A DNA stretch of 64,000 nt. Source: Alphaproteobacteria bacterium (lineage in GTDB: Bacteria; Pseudomonadota; Alphaproteobacteria; Bin95). Made by a program: the position numbers and the translations under genes. The notes beneath the pieces were generated by a model that was given only the letters and a program-made list of their open reading frames with translations, ran no database searches and was not told the DNA's origin. Positions 9,505 through 17,100 of this stretch are shown here, piece after piece. Each line of letters opens with the position of its first letter. The stretch's first letter is position 1. Where the stretch lies: NCBI GenBank assembly GCA_963665325.3, contig CAXXWS020000003.1:64001-128000 (forward strand), written 5' to 3'.

Positions 9505-10425
9505 TCAGCCGATGAGAACGGGAATGCCGAGCGCCTTCGCCTTGTCGACGAGGTTGGCCGTGATGCCGTTGCCCTCGAAGGCGATGAGGCCCTTGGGCAT
9601 GAGGTTGAGCATTTCGTCGTTGCGCCGGAACGGTGCGGCGCGTCCGTGGCGTGTCCAGTCGGGCTTGCACACGACCTGGTCGACGCCGTTGCTCTCGGCC
9701 CACTGCGCGGCGAGCCGGTCGGTGCCGGGGCCGCCGCCGTGGACGATGACGAGGTCGTCGTACTTCGCCCGGGTCTGGTCGAGGCGTCGGGCGATGGCGT
9801 CCGGGTCGCGCATGTCCTTGCCGCCGGCGATGGCGACCAGCGTGCCGCTTGGCAGGTGCGCCTTCGTCTCGCGGTCCTTCCGTGCGCGGATGAAGTCGCG
9901 CGCGTCGATGGCGGCGGAGGTCAGCGCCCCGGTCTGGCTCGTGTGCGAGCCGCGCCTCGGACGCCAGACGTCTCCGGTCTCGGCGCGGTAGTGTTCGGCG
10001 GCGGCGTCGCGCATCTGCTCGAAGGCGTCGCGGCGGTCGCCGAGATTCTGCGCGCGCCCGGTCGTCAGCTCGAGTTCGCGGGACTTGACCTCGGTGCCGT
10101 CCTGGGCGGCTTGCAGGTCGCGGAGCTCGGGGGTGAGCCGGTCGACGGAGCGGTCGAGGCGGCGGACCTGTGCGTCGAAGGCGTTGACAATGCCCCACAG
10201 CAGGTGCTCTCGCTCGTCGGCGAGCTGGAAGCCGTCGGGCGCGACGCTCTCGGCGAGGATGCGGAAGGCTTCCCCCACCGCGCCGAGGGCCTCGTCGCGG
10301 TCCCAGACCTCGCGGGGATCGAACTCGCCGCGCTCGGGCGTTGCGCCGAAGAGCTGGGCGTTCTCGCAGACGGTCGCGGTCATGGACTGGTCTTGGCTCT
10401 CGAAGGTGTCGATATCGAAGGTCAT
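9505..10425 (-). CDS. DUF2493 (YspA/SLOG-like) domain protein of conjugative elements
   Basis: Start MTFDIDT at 10425 with RBS AAGGGAG; C-terminal VAIAGGKD...IVHGGGPGTDRLAAQWA...PDWTRHGRAAPFRRNDEML...IAFEGNG resembles the SLOG fold; N-terminal coiled coil. Confidence 0.8.
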   Translation of the reverse strand: MTFDIDTFESQDQSMTATVCENAQLFGATPERGEFDPREVWDRDEALGAVGEAFRILAESVAPDGFQLADEREHLLWGIVNAFDAQVRRLDRSVDRLTPELRDLQAAQDGTEVKSRELELTTGRAQNLGDRRDAFEQMRDAAAEHYRAETGDVWRPRRGSHTSQTGALTSAAIDARDFIRARKDRETKAHLPSGTLVAIAGGKDMRDPDAIARRLDQTRAKYDDLVIVHGGGPGTDRLAAQWAESNGVDQVVCKPDWTRHGRAAPFRRNDEMLNLMPKGLIAFEGNGITANLVDKAKALGIPVLIG

Positions 10426-10467
10426 GATGGATGCTCCCTTGATCTTGGAGTTGAAGCCATTGAGGCG

Positions 10468-10740
10468 GGGGTGCCTCGCTGTGCCGGATTGTTGGGACAC
10501 GCGCGCGCAGGGGAGCCACCGGGGCCGGAATGAATGGCCCGGCGATGCGCGCGAGTGGTGCGGGCGCAGGGAGCGAAGCGACTGAGCCACGGTCGCGCGC
10601 GTCGCCGGGACTAGGCGCGAAGCGCCGTTTCATTCCGAGTCCCGGCCGGAGCGAAGCGAAGCGGAGTGGAGGACCCGCTTTAGCGGGTTGGCGCACTGAG
10701 CACGTGTGGCACGATAATCAGGCACAGCGAGGAACCACCC
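10468..10740. promoter_or_regulatory. Large fold-back element, Frpo/ssi-like single-stranded DNA promoter or priming signal
   Basis: Nested complementary arms: CCTCGCTGTGCC (10474-10485)/GGCACAGCGAGG (10721-10732), GGAATGAA/TTCATTCC, CCCGGCGATGCGCGCGA/TCGCGCGCGTCGCCGGG; repeated GCGAAGCG; directly upstream of the DUF2493 gene. Confidence 0.65.
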
Positions 10741-10862
10741 TTTCCCCCTGGCACGGTCCCCTTGGGCGGAACGGCCAGGCACGGTGTCCGGGATGGACGC
10801 GCGGACCTGGCGGCGGCGAGTCCGACCTTCGCGATGGCGACGGACTCCAAGTCGACAGCACG

Positions 10863-10893
10863 AAAAAGGGGCCGGCACCGAAGTACCGACCCC
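10863..10893 (-). terminator. Rho-independent terminator downstream of ssb
   Basis: Minus strand GGGGTCGGTAC-TTCG-GTGCCGGCCCC-TTTTT. Confidence 0.85.
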
Positions 10894-10917
10894 AGTGGCA
10901 AGCAGACGATGGGTCGC

Positions 10918-11388
10918 CTAGAACGGGATGCTGTCTTCGAATTCCCCGGCGCTGCCGTTCGCACGCGACGCGGCGGTCTCGGTCGGCACGGGCTCCCCGC
11001 CCGCCGCCTGCGCCGCGGGCTTCGCGCCGTTGCCGTTGGGCTTGTCCAAGAACTGGAGCCGGTGACCCGGCACGACCAGAATCTCGGTCGAGAAGCGGTC
11101 GGAGTCCTCGCCGTCCTTCGTCCAGCGCCGGGTCTGGAGTTTGCCCTCGGCGTGGACCAGGCGGCCCTTCTTCGCGTGCTTCTCCAGCATCGAGATGAGC
11201 CCGTCCTGGAAGGTCACCACGCGGTGCCATTCCACCCGGTCCACCTTCTCGCCGGTCTGCCGGCTGAGGAAGCTCTCGTCGGTCGCGATGCTCAAGTTCG
11301 CCACACGCCCCCCGCTCGCGAGATGGTTGACGACGACGTCGGCGCCGAGGCGCCCGATGAGCTCGACCCTGTTGATTCCGAATGCCAT
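10918..11388 (-). CDS. ssb: Single-stranded DNA-binding protein
   Basis: MAFGINRVELIGRLGAD...VEWHRVVTF...EGKLQTRRW, acidic C-terminus FEDSIPF; RBS AGGAGA. Confidence 0.95.
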   Translation of the reverse strand: MAFGINRVELIGRLGADVVVNHLASGGRVANLSIATDESFLSRQTGEKVDRVEWHRVVTFQDGLISMLEKHAKKGRLVHAEGKLQTRRWTKDGEDSDRFSTEILVVPGHRLQFLDKPNGNGAKPAAQAAGGEPVPTETAASRANGSAGEFEDSIPF

Positions 11389-11489
11389 TGCGGTTCTCCT
11401 CACGTGTTCGATATTGACGATGGTCGAGCGGGCGGGACCGGGAACCTCTCGCTCCCCATCCCTTCCGCTCATTCTTCTCCCGCTTCCCT

Positions 11490-11645
11490 CTACCTCTCGT
11501 CCGCCGGAACCTCGCGGTCGGGACAGCGGCGGGCTTGGTCGTCGGCGAGCGCGTCTCTCACCGCGCCGACATCGAGCCCGAGCTCGGTCAGCAGCTCGTT
11601 GCCGCCCGCGGCGATGGGGTCGTAGTCCGAGTACGTGTCGAACAT
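11490..11645 (-). CDS. Small acidic hypothetical protein (51 aa)
   Basis: MFDTYSDYDPIAAGGNELLTELGLDVGAVRDALADD...; strong RBS AGGAGG; GC3-rich codons; co-oriented with neighbours. Confidence 0.55.
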   Translation of the reverse strand: MFDTYSDYDPIAAGGNELLTELGLDVGAVRDALADDQARRCPDREVPADER

Positions 11646-11761
11646 GGCAGGTCCTCCTGGATGCCGCGCCCGGCAGCGAGGAAGCCCACCTTCCTCCATC
11701 CCGCCGGGCGCTTGCCCGGCGCGCGCTTTCCTCTTGCTCTCCATCGCCACCGCGGGGAGGG

Positions 11762-12910
11762 TCACGCCCACGCGGCCCAGCGCATGACCGGGTTGAAGTC
11801 CGAGACGACCTCGACCTGGTCGAAGCCGAGCTTGGCGAAGACCAGCGCGGCGGCCGCCTCGGCCTCGCTGTCGAAGGTGCCGAGCGTCTCGCCCGAGGCG
11901 AGCTCGATGACGGTGAAGCTCGGGTCCCAGGCCGGCATGCCCCTGAAGTAGCTGGAGCCGTGGTAGGACTTCTCGGCGCACGGGGCGCACTGCGCGGCTC
12001 CCCGCGAGGGCGCTCCGCAGCTCGTACATTCCGAGCGGGCGCGCCTCTCCCAGTAGAGCTTCCGGCTGCGGGCATTCCGGCGCTCCCGGTCCCGGCGCTC
12101 GCTTTCGAGCACGGAACAGGGCGCGCAGCGCGAGCCGCCGTCGTTCACCGGACCCGCGCACCGGACACACTGCCCGGCGGCACGCCTGGCCGCGTAGGCC
12201 TCGCGCTCCGACTCGCGCCGCGCAATCCGGCACGGCTCGCAGGTCGAGCCCTTCTGGACGGGGGGACGCGTGCCGCATGACGTGCACAGGCCGGCGGCGC
12301 GCCGGGCCTCGTCGCGCTTGCGGCTGCGCTCGCGGCCGATGCGTCGGCGGGTTTCCACCGGGCGCCCGCCGTAGAGCTTGCCCTGGGCCTTCGCCTTCGC
12401 GTACTTCGCCCGCTCGCCGGCCCGGCGCTTCTCGTTGCACGACTCGCAAGCGGTGCGTCCCTCCAGGGCCGGGGCCTTCCCGCAAGCCGAGCACAAGCCG
12501 GCGGCGCGGCGCCGTTCGGCCTGCCGGCGGGAGCGCTCGCGTTCGTACTCGCGGGCGTGCTCGGGGTCACGTCGGGGAATCCCGGCGGCCCTCAGCCGGG
12601 CGTCGCGTGCCCGGCTCGCCCGGTTCGTCTTCTCGGCGCAGGGCTCGCAGATGGACCGCTCGGACGCGGGCGGACGCTTCCCGCATTTCGGGCACATCCC
12701 GGCCGCGACCCGGGCGGCGGTCCGGCGATGATGTCGCGCCAGGTCGGCGGGGCGCTTCTTCGCCGCGCACGGCTCGCACTGGCTGCGATGGGGCGCCGGC
12801 GGGCGCTTCCCGCATTTGAGGCATAGGCCGGCGGCGCGGCGTGCAGCGGTTCGCCTGTGATAGCGCTCCAGGTCGAGCGCGCGCCTGGCCTCGATGTCGA
12901 GCTCACACAT
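11762..12910 (-). CDS. Hypothetical protein with six tandem CxxC...CxxC zinc-ribbon modules
   Basis: CLKC..CEPC, CPKC..CEPC, CSAC..CESC, CTSC..CEPC, CVRC..CAPC, CTSC..CAPC separated by Arg-rich helices; RBS GGGAGA. Confidence 0.8.
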   Translation of the reverse strand: MCELDIEARRALDLERYHRRTAARRAAGLCLKCGKRPPAPHRSQCEPCAAKKRPADLARHHRRTAARVAAGMCPKCGKRPPASERSICEPCAEKTNRASRARDARLRAAGIPRRDPEHAREYERERSRRQAERRRAAGLCSACGKAPALEGRTACESCNEKRRAGERAKYAKAKAQGKLYGGRPVETRRRIGRERSRKRDEARRAAGLCTSCGTRPPVQKGSTCEPCRIARRESEREAYAARRAAGQCVRCAGPVNDGGSRCAPCSVLESERRDRERRNARSRKLYWERRARSECTSCGAPSRGAAQCAPCAEKSYHGSSYFRGMPAWDPSFTVIELASGETLGTFDSEAEAAAALVFAKLGFDQVEVVSDFNPVMRWAAWA

Positions 12911-12995
12911 GGGTCGTTCTCCCTGCCGGGGTTGGGAACCAGACGAAGGACGCCCGACCGGCTCGCGCCGGCCGAACGTTCCGGGAGAGCGCCGC

Positions 12996-13328
12996 TCAGC
13001 CCCGCTGCTTGCGGTCGCACAGGATGCCCGCGGCGTGAGACCCCCAGAGCTGCTGGCCGCCGCGGGTGCGAAGGCCGGTGCAGATGATGATCTCGGTGCG
13101 GGCGGGGCGCATTTCCTTGACCGCCTTCAGCGTGGCGGTGACGCGCTTCGCCCCGCGGCGGCCCTTCTTCGTGCCCGCCGTCCCCTCGCCGGGCCAGGGG
13201 CGGATGTCGCCATCGGCGTACGCCTTGAACCGCTCGACCGCGTATCGTTCATCGGCGAGACCGCCGCCGAAGAAATGGACCAGGAACGTGTCCGCCGTGT
13301 TGCCGGGAATCGCCATTGCCGTCGTCAT
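12996..13328 (-). CDS. Hypothetical protein (110 aa)
   Basis: ATG at 13328 preceded by GGAGA; MTTAMAIPGNTADTFLVHFFGGG...; same orientation as the leading-region genes. Confidence 0.5.
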   Translation of the reverse strand: MTTAMAIPGNTADTFLVHFFGGGLADERYAVERFKAYADGDIRPWPGEGTAGTKKGRRGAKRVTATLKAVKEMRPARTEIIICTGLRTRGGQQLWGSHAAGILCDRKQRG

Positions 13329-13517
13329 GGTGCCGTCTCCAATTGCCGCTGATGGGAAACGGCGGAGACGCCTCCCTCCGGGACGTCGTCCGCCGCCCCG
13401 CTTCCGGCCAACCTCTCCTCTCGCCGGCGTGAGGCCGGCAGGCGGCGACAAGAGCGCAGACATGCGGCGCAGGGTGGCGCCGGGCTTGAGCGGCGATATG
13501 TATCCCCGGTCCGAGGC

Positions 13518-13550
13518 TTGCCGGCTTATAGCGGATGCGCTATAAGCCGG
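13518..13550 (+). promoter_or_regulatory. Sigma70-type promoter overlapped by a perfect 13-bp inverted repeat (TA operator)
   Basis: TTGCCG-17 bp-TATAAG; inverted repeat CCGGCTTATAGCG-GATG-CGCTATAAGCCGG at 13521-13550; the toxin ATG starts 7 nt after the -10 box. Confidence 0.75.
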
Positions 13551-13552
13551 AC

Positions 13553-13876
13553 ATGGGATGGACGGTCGAAACCGTTGCGTCCGTCGACGCCGAGATCGCG
13601 GCCCTGCCGGTGGCGTTGCGCGCCCGGCTGGTCCGGCTGCTGGAGACGGTGGAGAGCGTCGGTCTCGATGCGCTTCGTGCGCCGCATGTCCGACATCTTG
13701 ACGGCAAGCTCTGGGAGCTGCGGGTCAGGGCCGAGGGAGGGATTGCCAGGGGGATCTACATGACGGCGGCCGGGCGGCGGGTGGTGGTGGTGCACGTCTT
13801 CGCGAAGAAGTCGCGCAAGACGCCACGCCGGGCGCTCGCGACCGCCAGGGAACGGATGAGGCAGATGACGCCATGA
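13553..13876 (+). CDS. Type II TA toxin, RelE/ParE family (HigB/Gp49-like)
   Basis: MGWTVETV...PHVRHLDGKLWELRVR...VVVHVFAKKSRKTPRRAL; toxin-first operon overlapping the antitoxin (ATGA). Confidence 0.9.
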   Translation: MGWTVETVASVDAEIAALPVALRARLVRLLETVESVGLDALRAPHVRHLDGKLWELRVRAEGGIARGIYMTAAGRRVVVVHVFAKKSRKTPRRALATARERMRQMTP

Positions 13877-14157
13877 CGAAGCTGAAGGAACTGAAGGCGC
13901 GCTTCATGGAGGACCCGGAGTTCCGGGAGGAATATGCGCGCATCGACGGGGAATATGCGCTGATCGAGGCGCTGGTCCGCGCCCGCACGACGGCGAAGCT
14001 GACGCAGGCGGAGCTTGCCGGGCGACTCGGCACGACGCAGTCGGCCGTTGCGCGGCTGGAGGGCGGGCGGGTGTCGCCGTCCTTCGCCACCCTGCGCCGC
14101 TACGCCGAAGCGACCGGCACGCGGTTGACCGTGGATCTGGTGCCGGCCGGTGGCTGA
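13873..14157 (+). CDS. XRE-family HTH antitoxin (HigA-like)
   Basis: LTQAELAGRLGTTQSAVARLEGG...PSFATLRRYAEA helix-turn-helix. Confidence 0.9.
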   Translation: MTKLKELKARFMEDPEFREEYARIDGEYALIEALVRARTTAKLTQAELAGRLGTTQSAVARLEGGRVSPSFATLRRYAEATGTRLTVDLVPAGG

Positions 14158-14184
14158 GCGCCCGGGATGTCGGCTGGCCGGGGC

Positions 14185-14400
14185 GTTGCGGGTTCCCGGG
14201 GGCAGCTCCGGTCCGACCGAAGTGGAAATCGTCGACTGCCACCGATGGGAGGCGCGTCATGCGCGAGCCCGTCCATTCCGGCGAGACGCTGCGCGACGAC
14301 CTCGACGCGCTCGCCATGAGCCCGGCTGCCGACGCTCGACGCCGGCACGGGACTGCCTGCGGCGGGCTGAGGGAGCCGCGCTCGCAGGCCGGCCATACGT
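14185..14400 (+). pseudogene. Degenerate higBA remnant
   Basis: PTEVEIVDCH resembles the HigB C-terminus (EVEIVDYH); GGGAGG RBS then MREPVHSGETLRDDLDALAMS resembles the HigA N-terminus (HPGE.L); similarity is lost afterwards. Confidence 0.6.
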
Positions 14401-14724
14401 ATGGCGGACGGCGGCGCGGCGGCCCAGGGCAACCGCACATAAACCCGCCGTCGTCTCAATAGGTTAGCGTGGTAACTGATACGGGGGTACGGACGTTGTT
14501 ACTCACCGCGACTCTACATCGAGCCATCAGCGTATGTATGGAGTTCATCCCGACTGACACGTAACCCGCTGATCGGTGGAATATTTCAGTCTCCCACACG
14601 AGATGGACCGGTGTCGCTTTCGTCGGAACAGTCAGCGCAGTAAATCGCTGATATTGCGCCAATTTTAGCGATCTGGCCCTGCGCGGCGGCCCCGTCCCCG
14701 GAGGCCGCACGCGAACCGGGGCGC

Positions 14725-14976
14725 TCAGTCCCCGGCCTCGAACAGCCGGCGGTAGGCCGCCTCGGCCCGGGCGAGACCGGTGTCGGTCAGGATCACCGAT
14801 TTGGCCTTGTTCACGGGATCGGAGATCAGGTCCTTGTCGTGGAGCCGGTCCATCGCCGACCAGTCGAACGACTTCCAGGTCCGGGCGCCGCCCGTCGGGT
14901 AGCGCTCGACGATGCCCAGCCAGAGCAGCGCCAGCACGGCCTCGTCGATCCTGTCCTTCACCCGCTCGTCGCTCAT
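14725..14976 (-). CDS. DUF6429-like small winged-helix protein
   Basis: IDEAVLALLWL...ARTWKSFDWSAMDRLHDKDLISDPVNKAKSVILTDTG, recalled as the DUF6429 pattern; start overlaps the stop of the upstream gene. Confidence 0.75.
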   Translation of the reverse strand: MSDERVKDRIDEAVLALLWLGIVERYPTGGARTWKSFDWSAMDRLHDKDLISDPVNKAKSVILTDTGLARAEAAYRRLFEAGD

Positions 14977-15416
14977 CGCGCCGGCCCGCCCGGCCGCCCG
15001 TCGAGGTTGCTGTCGTCGCCGTCGGACCCCATGACGCGTTCCACCAGGTGATCGGTGACGTCCACGAAATAGCTCTCCAGCTCGGACTGGAGCCGGCTGT
15101 ACTCCGGCCATACCGCGCGGTCGAAGAACCGTTCCCGCGTGCGCACCATCACCGTCGTGCGCCGTTGGCGCGCGTAACGGAAGGTACGCACGCCGTGCTT
15201 GCGGCAGACCGCCACGAACAGCCGGACCGACCACGTATCGGGGAGCGAGAACTGGAGCTCGACCTCGGGCTCGGTGCGCTTGTCCGAAGCGCCCAGGCGG
15301 CCGTGCAGCCGGCCCATCGCGGCCTCCGCGGCGGCGCGCTCCCCCGGACTGCCGGCATGGCGGAACAGCGCCTCCACCTTGGCAAGCTTCGCTCTCAGTG
15401 CCTCGTCGTCGATCAT
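14973..15416 (-). CDS. Hypothetical protein (N-terminus DUF2786-like)
   Basis: MIDDEALRAKLAKVEALFRHAGSPGERAAAEAAMGRL...FSLPDTWSVRLFVAVCRKHGVRTFRY; coupled to the downstream gene. Confidence 0.7.
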   Translation of the reverse strand: MIDDEALRAKLAKVEALFRHAGSPGERAAAEAAMGRLHGRLGASDKRTEPEVELQFSLPDTWSVRLFVAVCRKHGVRTFRYARQRRTTVMVRTRERFFDRAVWPEYSRLQSELESYFVDVTDHLVERVMGSDGDDSNLDGRPGGPAR

Positions 15417-15674
15417 CGCGCGCCGTCCGGCTGGATCGGAATAACGACAGCATGATCGAACCTGCGCCGCGCTGTCCATGCCGGGCAATTCCGCATGGCC
15501 CGACGGACGGCGATACGCATACCGCAGGCTGGCGCAGCGCCTGACCGTTCGGGCGGGCTCTACCTCGCGTAGCCGGGGCCGGTCGAGGATATCGGCGGCG
15601 CGGGACGGACTATTGACGGAACATACGGGGTAGACCACTATCGGAGCGAGACTTCATCGTTCCGGAGAACTGCC

Positions 15675-16274
15675 ATGGCTCGCCCCAGGGGCGAATCGAT
15701 ACGCGAGCTGGAGGGTGTGCTGCATGAAGCCGCCGGTCGTCTCAGTCCAGCGCATGTGGCGGCGCTGGTCGCCCATCCCGACGCCGTGCGCTCGGCACTG
15801 GCGGTGGCGGCGGACGTGCTGTCGACGGACGATGCGGGACGGCCCGGGGCCGAAACCATCGCGGGCGCAGAGCCGGTTCGCGTCGGCGCCGAAGAGGCGG
15901 AAAGGCGAATGGCGGCACGTACGCGCGAGGGCGCCGCCGAAGCGCTGCTGAACTCGGACGAACTGGCGGCGCGGGTCGGGCTCAAGACGCGTCAATCGGT
16001 CCATGACTGGCTGAAAAAGGGCCGGATCGTCGGCTGGCAAGGCGCCAGGCGCGGCCATGTTTTCCCGGAGGGGCAGATCGACGAGCGTGGCCGGCCGCTC
16101 GAAGGGCTCGACCGCGTGGTCGGAATGTTCGGCGACGGCTATGCCGCCTGGGTATGGCTGACGACGCCGCGGCCCTCGCTCGACGGAGCGACCCCGTTGA
16201 CGCTGCTGGCCGAGGGCGAGATCGACCGCGTCGCGAAGGCCGCGCAGGGAGACCGGCAGGGCGATTTTGCGTGA
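15675..16274 (+). CDS. Antitoxin of the Xre/MbcA/ParS family
   Basis: Central HTH (LNSDELAARVGLKTRQSVHDW), C-terminal AWVWLTTPRPSLDGATPLTLL typical of the MbcA/ParS C-domain; overlaps the RES gene. Confidence 0.8.
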   Translation: MARPRGESIRELEGVLHEAAGRLSPAHVAALVAHPDAVRSALAVAADVLSTDDAGRPGAETIAGAEPVRVGAEEAERRMAARTREGAAEALLNSDELAARVGLKTRQSVHDWLKKGRIVGWQGARRGHVFPEGQIDERGRPLEGLDRVVGMFGDGYAAWVWLTTPRPSLDGATPLTLLAEGEIDRVAKAAQGDRQGDFA

Positions 16275-16873
16275 CCGCCGGTTACGACCCGGAGCGTCTG
16301 CGTGCGCGGCTGCGCGAGGTCCGTCTCGGGCGTGTCTTCCGCGTCATTCATCGCGACCACCGGTCGACCCCCCTGGGGGCGGTGGCGGCGCCGAGCCGGT
16401 TCAGCGATCCACAGGGCGGCTACGCCGTGCTGTACGCCTCGGAGGCCGTGCGCTGTGCGTTCTGGGAAGCCCTCGGACGCAACCGCTTCACACGCCGCAG
16501 GCGGCGCGAGCTTCCACGGATCGAGGTCGAGGCCCGGCTGGTGGCGTCGATCGGCTCCACCGGACCGCTTGCCCTGATCGACCTGCGCGGCGACGGATCG
16601 GTGCGCATCGGAGCGCCGAGCGCGGTGGCGCACGACGGCAACCATGCGGCGGGCCGCGCCCTGTCGGCGGCCGCCTATGCGGACGTTGCGGAGGCGGACG
16701 GGTTCCTGTTCCCGTCGCGGTTCACCGGCGACACCTGCATGGCCGTGTTCGACCGGGCCTTCGATAAGCTGAAGGTGCTCGACATCGCCGAGCTTGTCCG
16801 TCATGTCGAATTCCTGGACGCCCTCGACGACTACGGTATCGTGCTCGCGGAACCGCCGGAGTTGCGGGGATGA
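16271..16873 (+). CDS. RES-domain toxin (NAD+ phosphorylase family)
   Basis: GTG start overlapping the antitoxin stop; SRFSDP, VLYASEAVRCAFWE, DGFLFPSRF supply the R-E-S residues. Confidence 0.85.
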   Translation: MTAGYDPERLRARLREVRLGRVFRVIHRDHRSTPLGAVAAPSRFSDPQGGYAVLYASEAVRCAFWEALGRNRFTRRRRRELPRIEVEARLVASIGSTGPLALIDLRGDGSVRIGAPSAVAHDGNHAAGRALSAAAYADVAEADGFLFPSRFTGDTCMAVFDRAFDKLKVLDIAELVRHVEFLDALDDYGIVLAEPPELRG

Positions 16874-17010
16874 AGGGACGGAAACTGCCGGCGCCGGGAT
16901 CGCGCGCGAATCGGAAATGGCGGATTGTGTCGGCATCGGTCGGGGCATGTCCCGTCAGGATTACCTTCCAGTCCGGTGACTATACGATTACGGGCTGAAA
17001 TTCGGTCTGT

Positions 17011-17100
17011 GACATGAGTCCGACATGAGTGAAATATTCGTGATAAACCAATATATTATTAACATATTATTAGATATTAGATTAGTATGAGTTGCACAAC
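17011..17100. other. Putative attachment-site arm: direct repeats plus very AT-rich segment
   Basis: GACATGAGT at 17011 and 17022 (11-bp period), then ~60 bp of almost pure A/T abutting the point where the integrase gene is interrupted. Confidence 0.55.

Larger units (their letters stand above)
1..17100. mobile_element. Integrated conjugative element (F-type T4SS / MOBF relaxase), right portion; left end lies outside the window
   Basis: traG-traD-traI cluster, oriT-like site, ssb and leading-region genes, several TA modules, then an AT-rich att-like segment at ~17,010-17,100 followed by an integrase remnant and chromosomal housekeeping genes. The right boundary is inferred. Confidence 0.8.
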
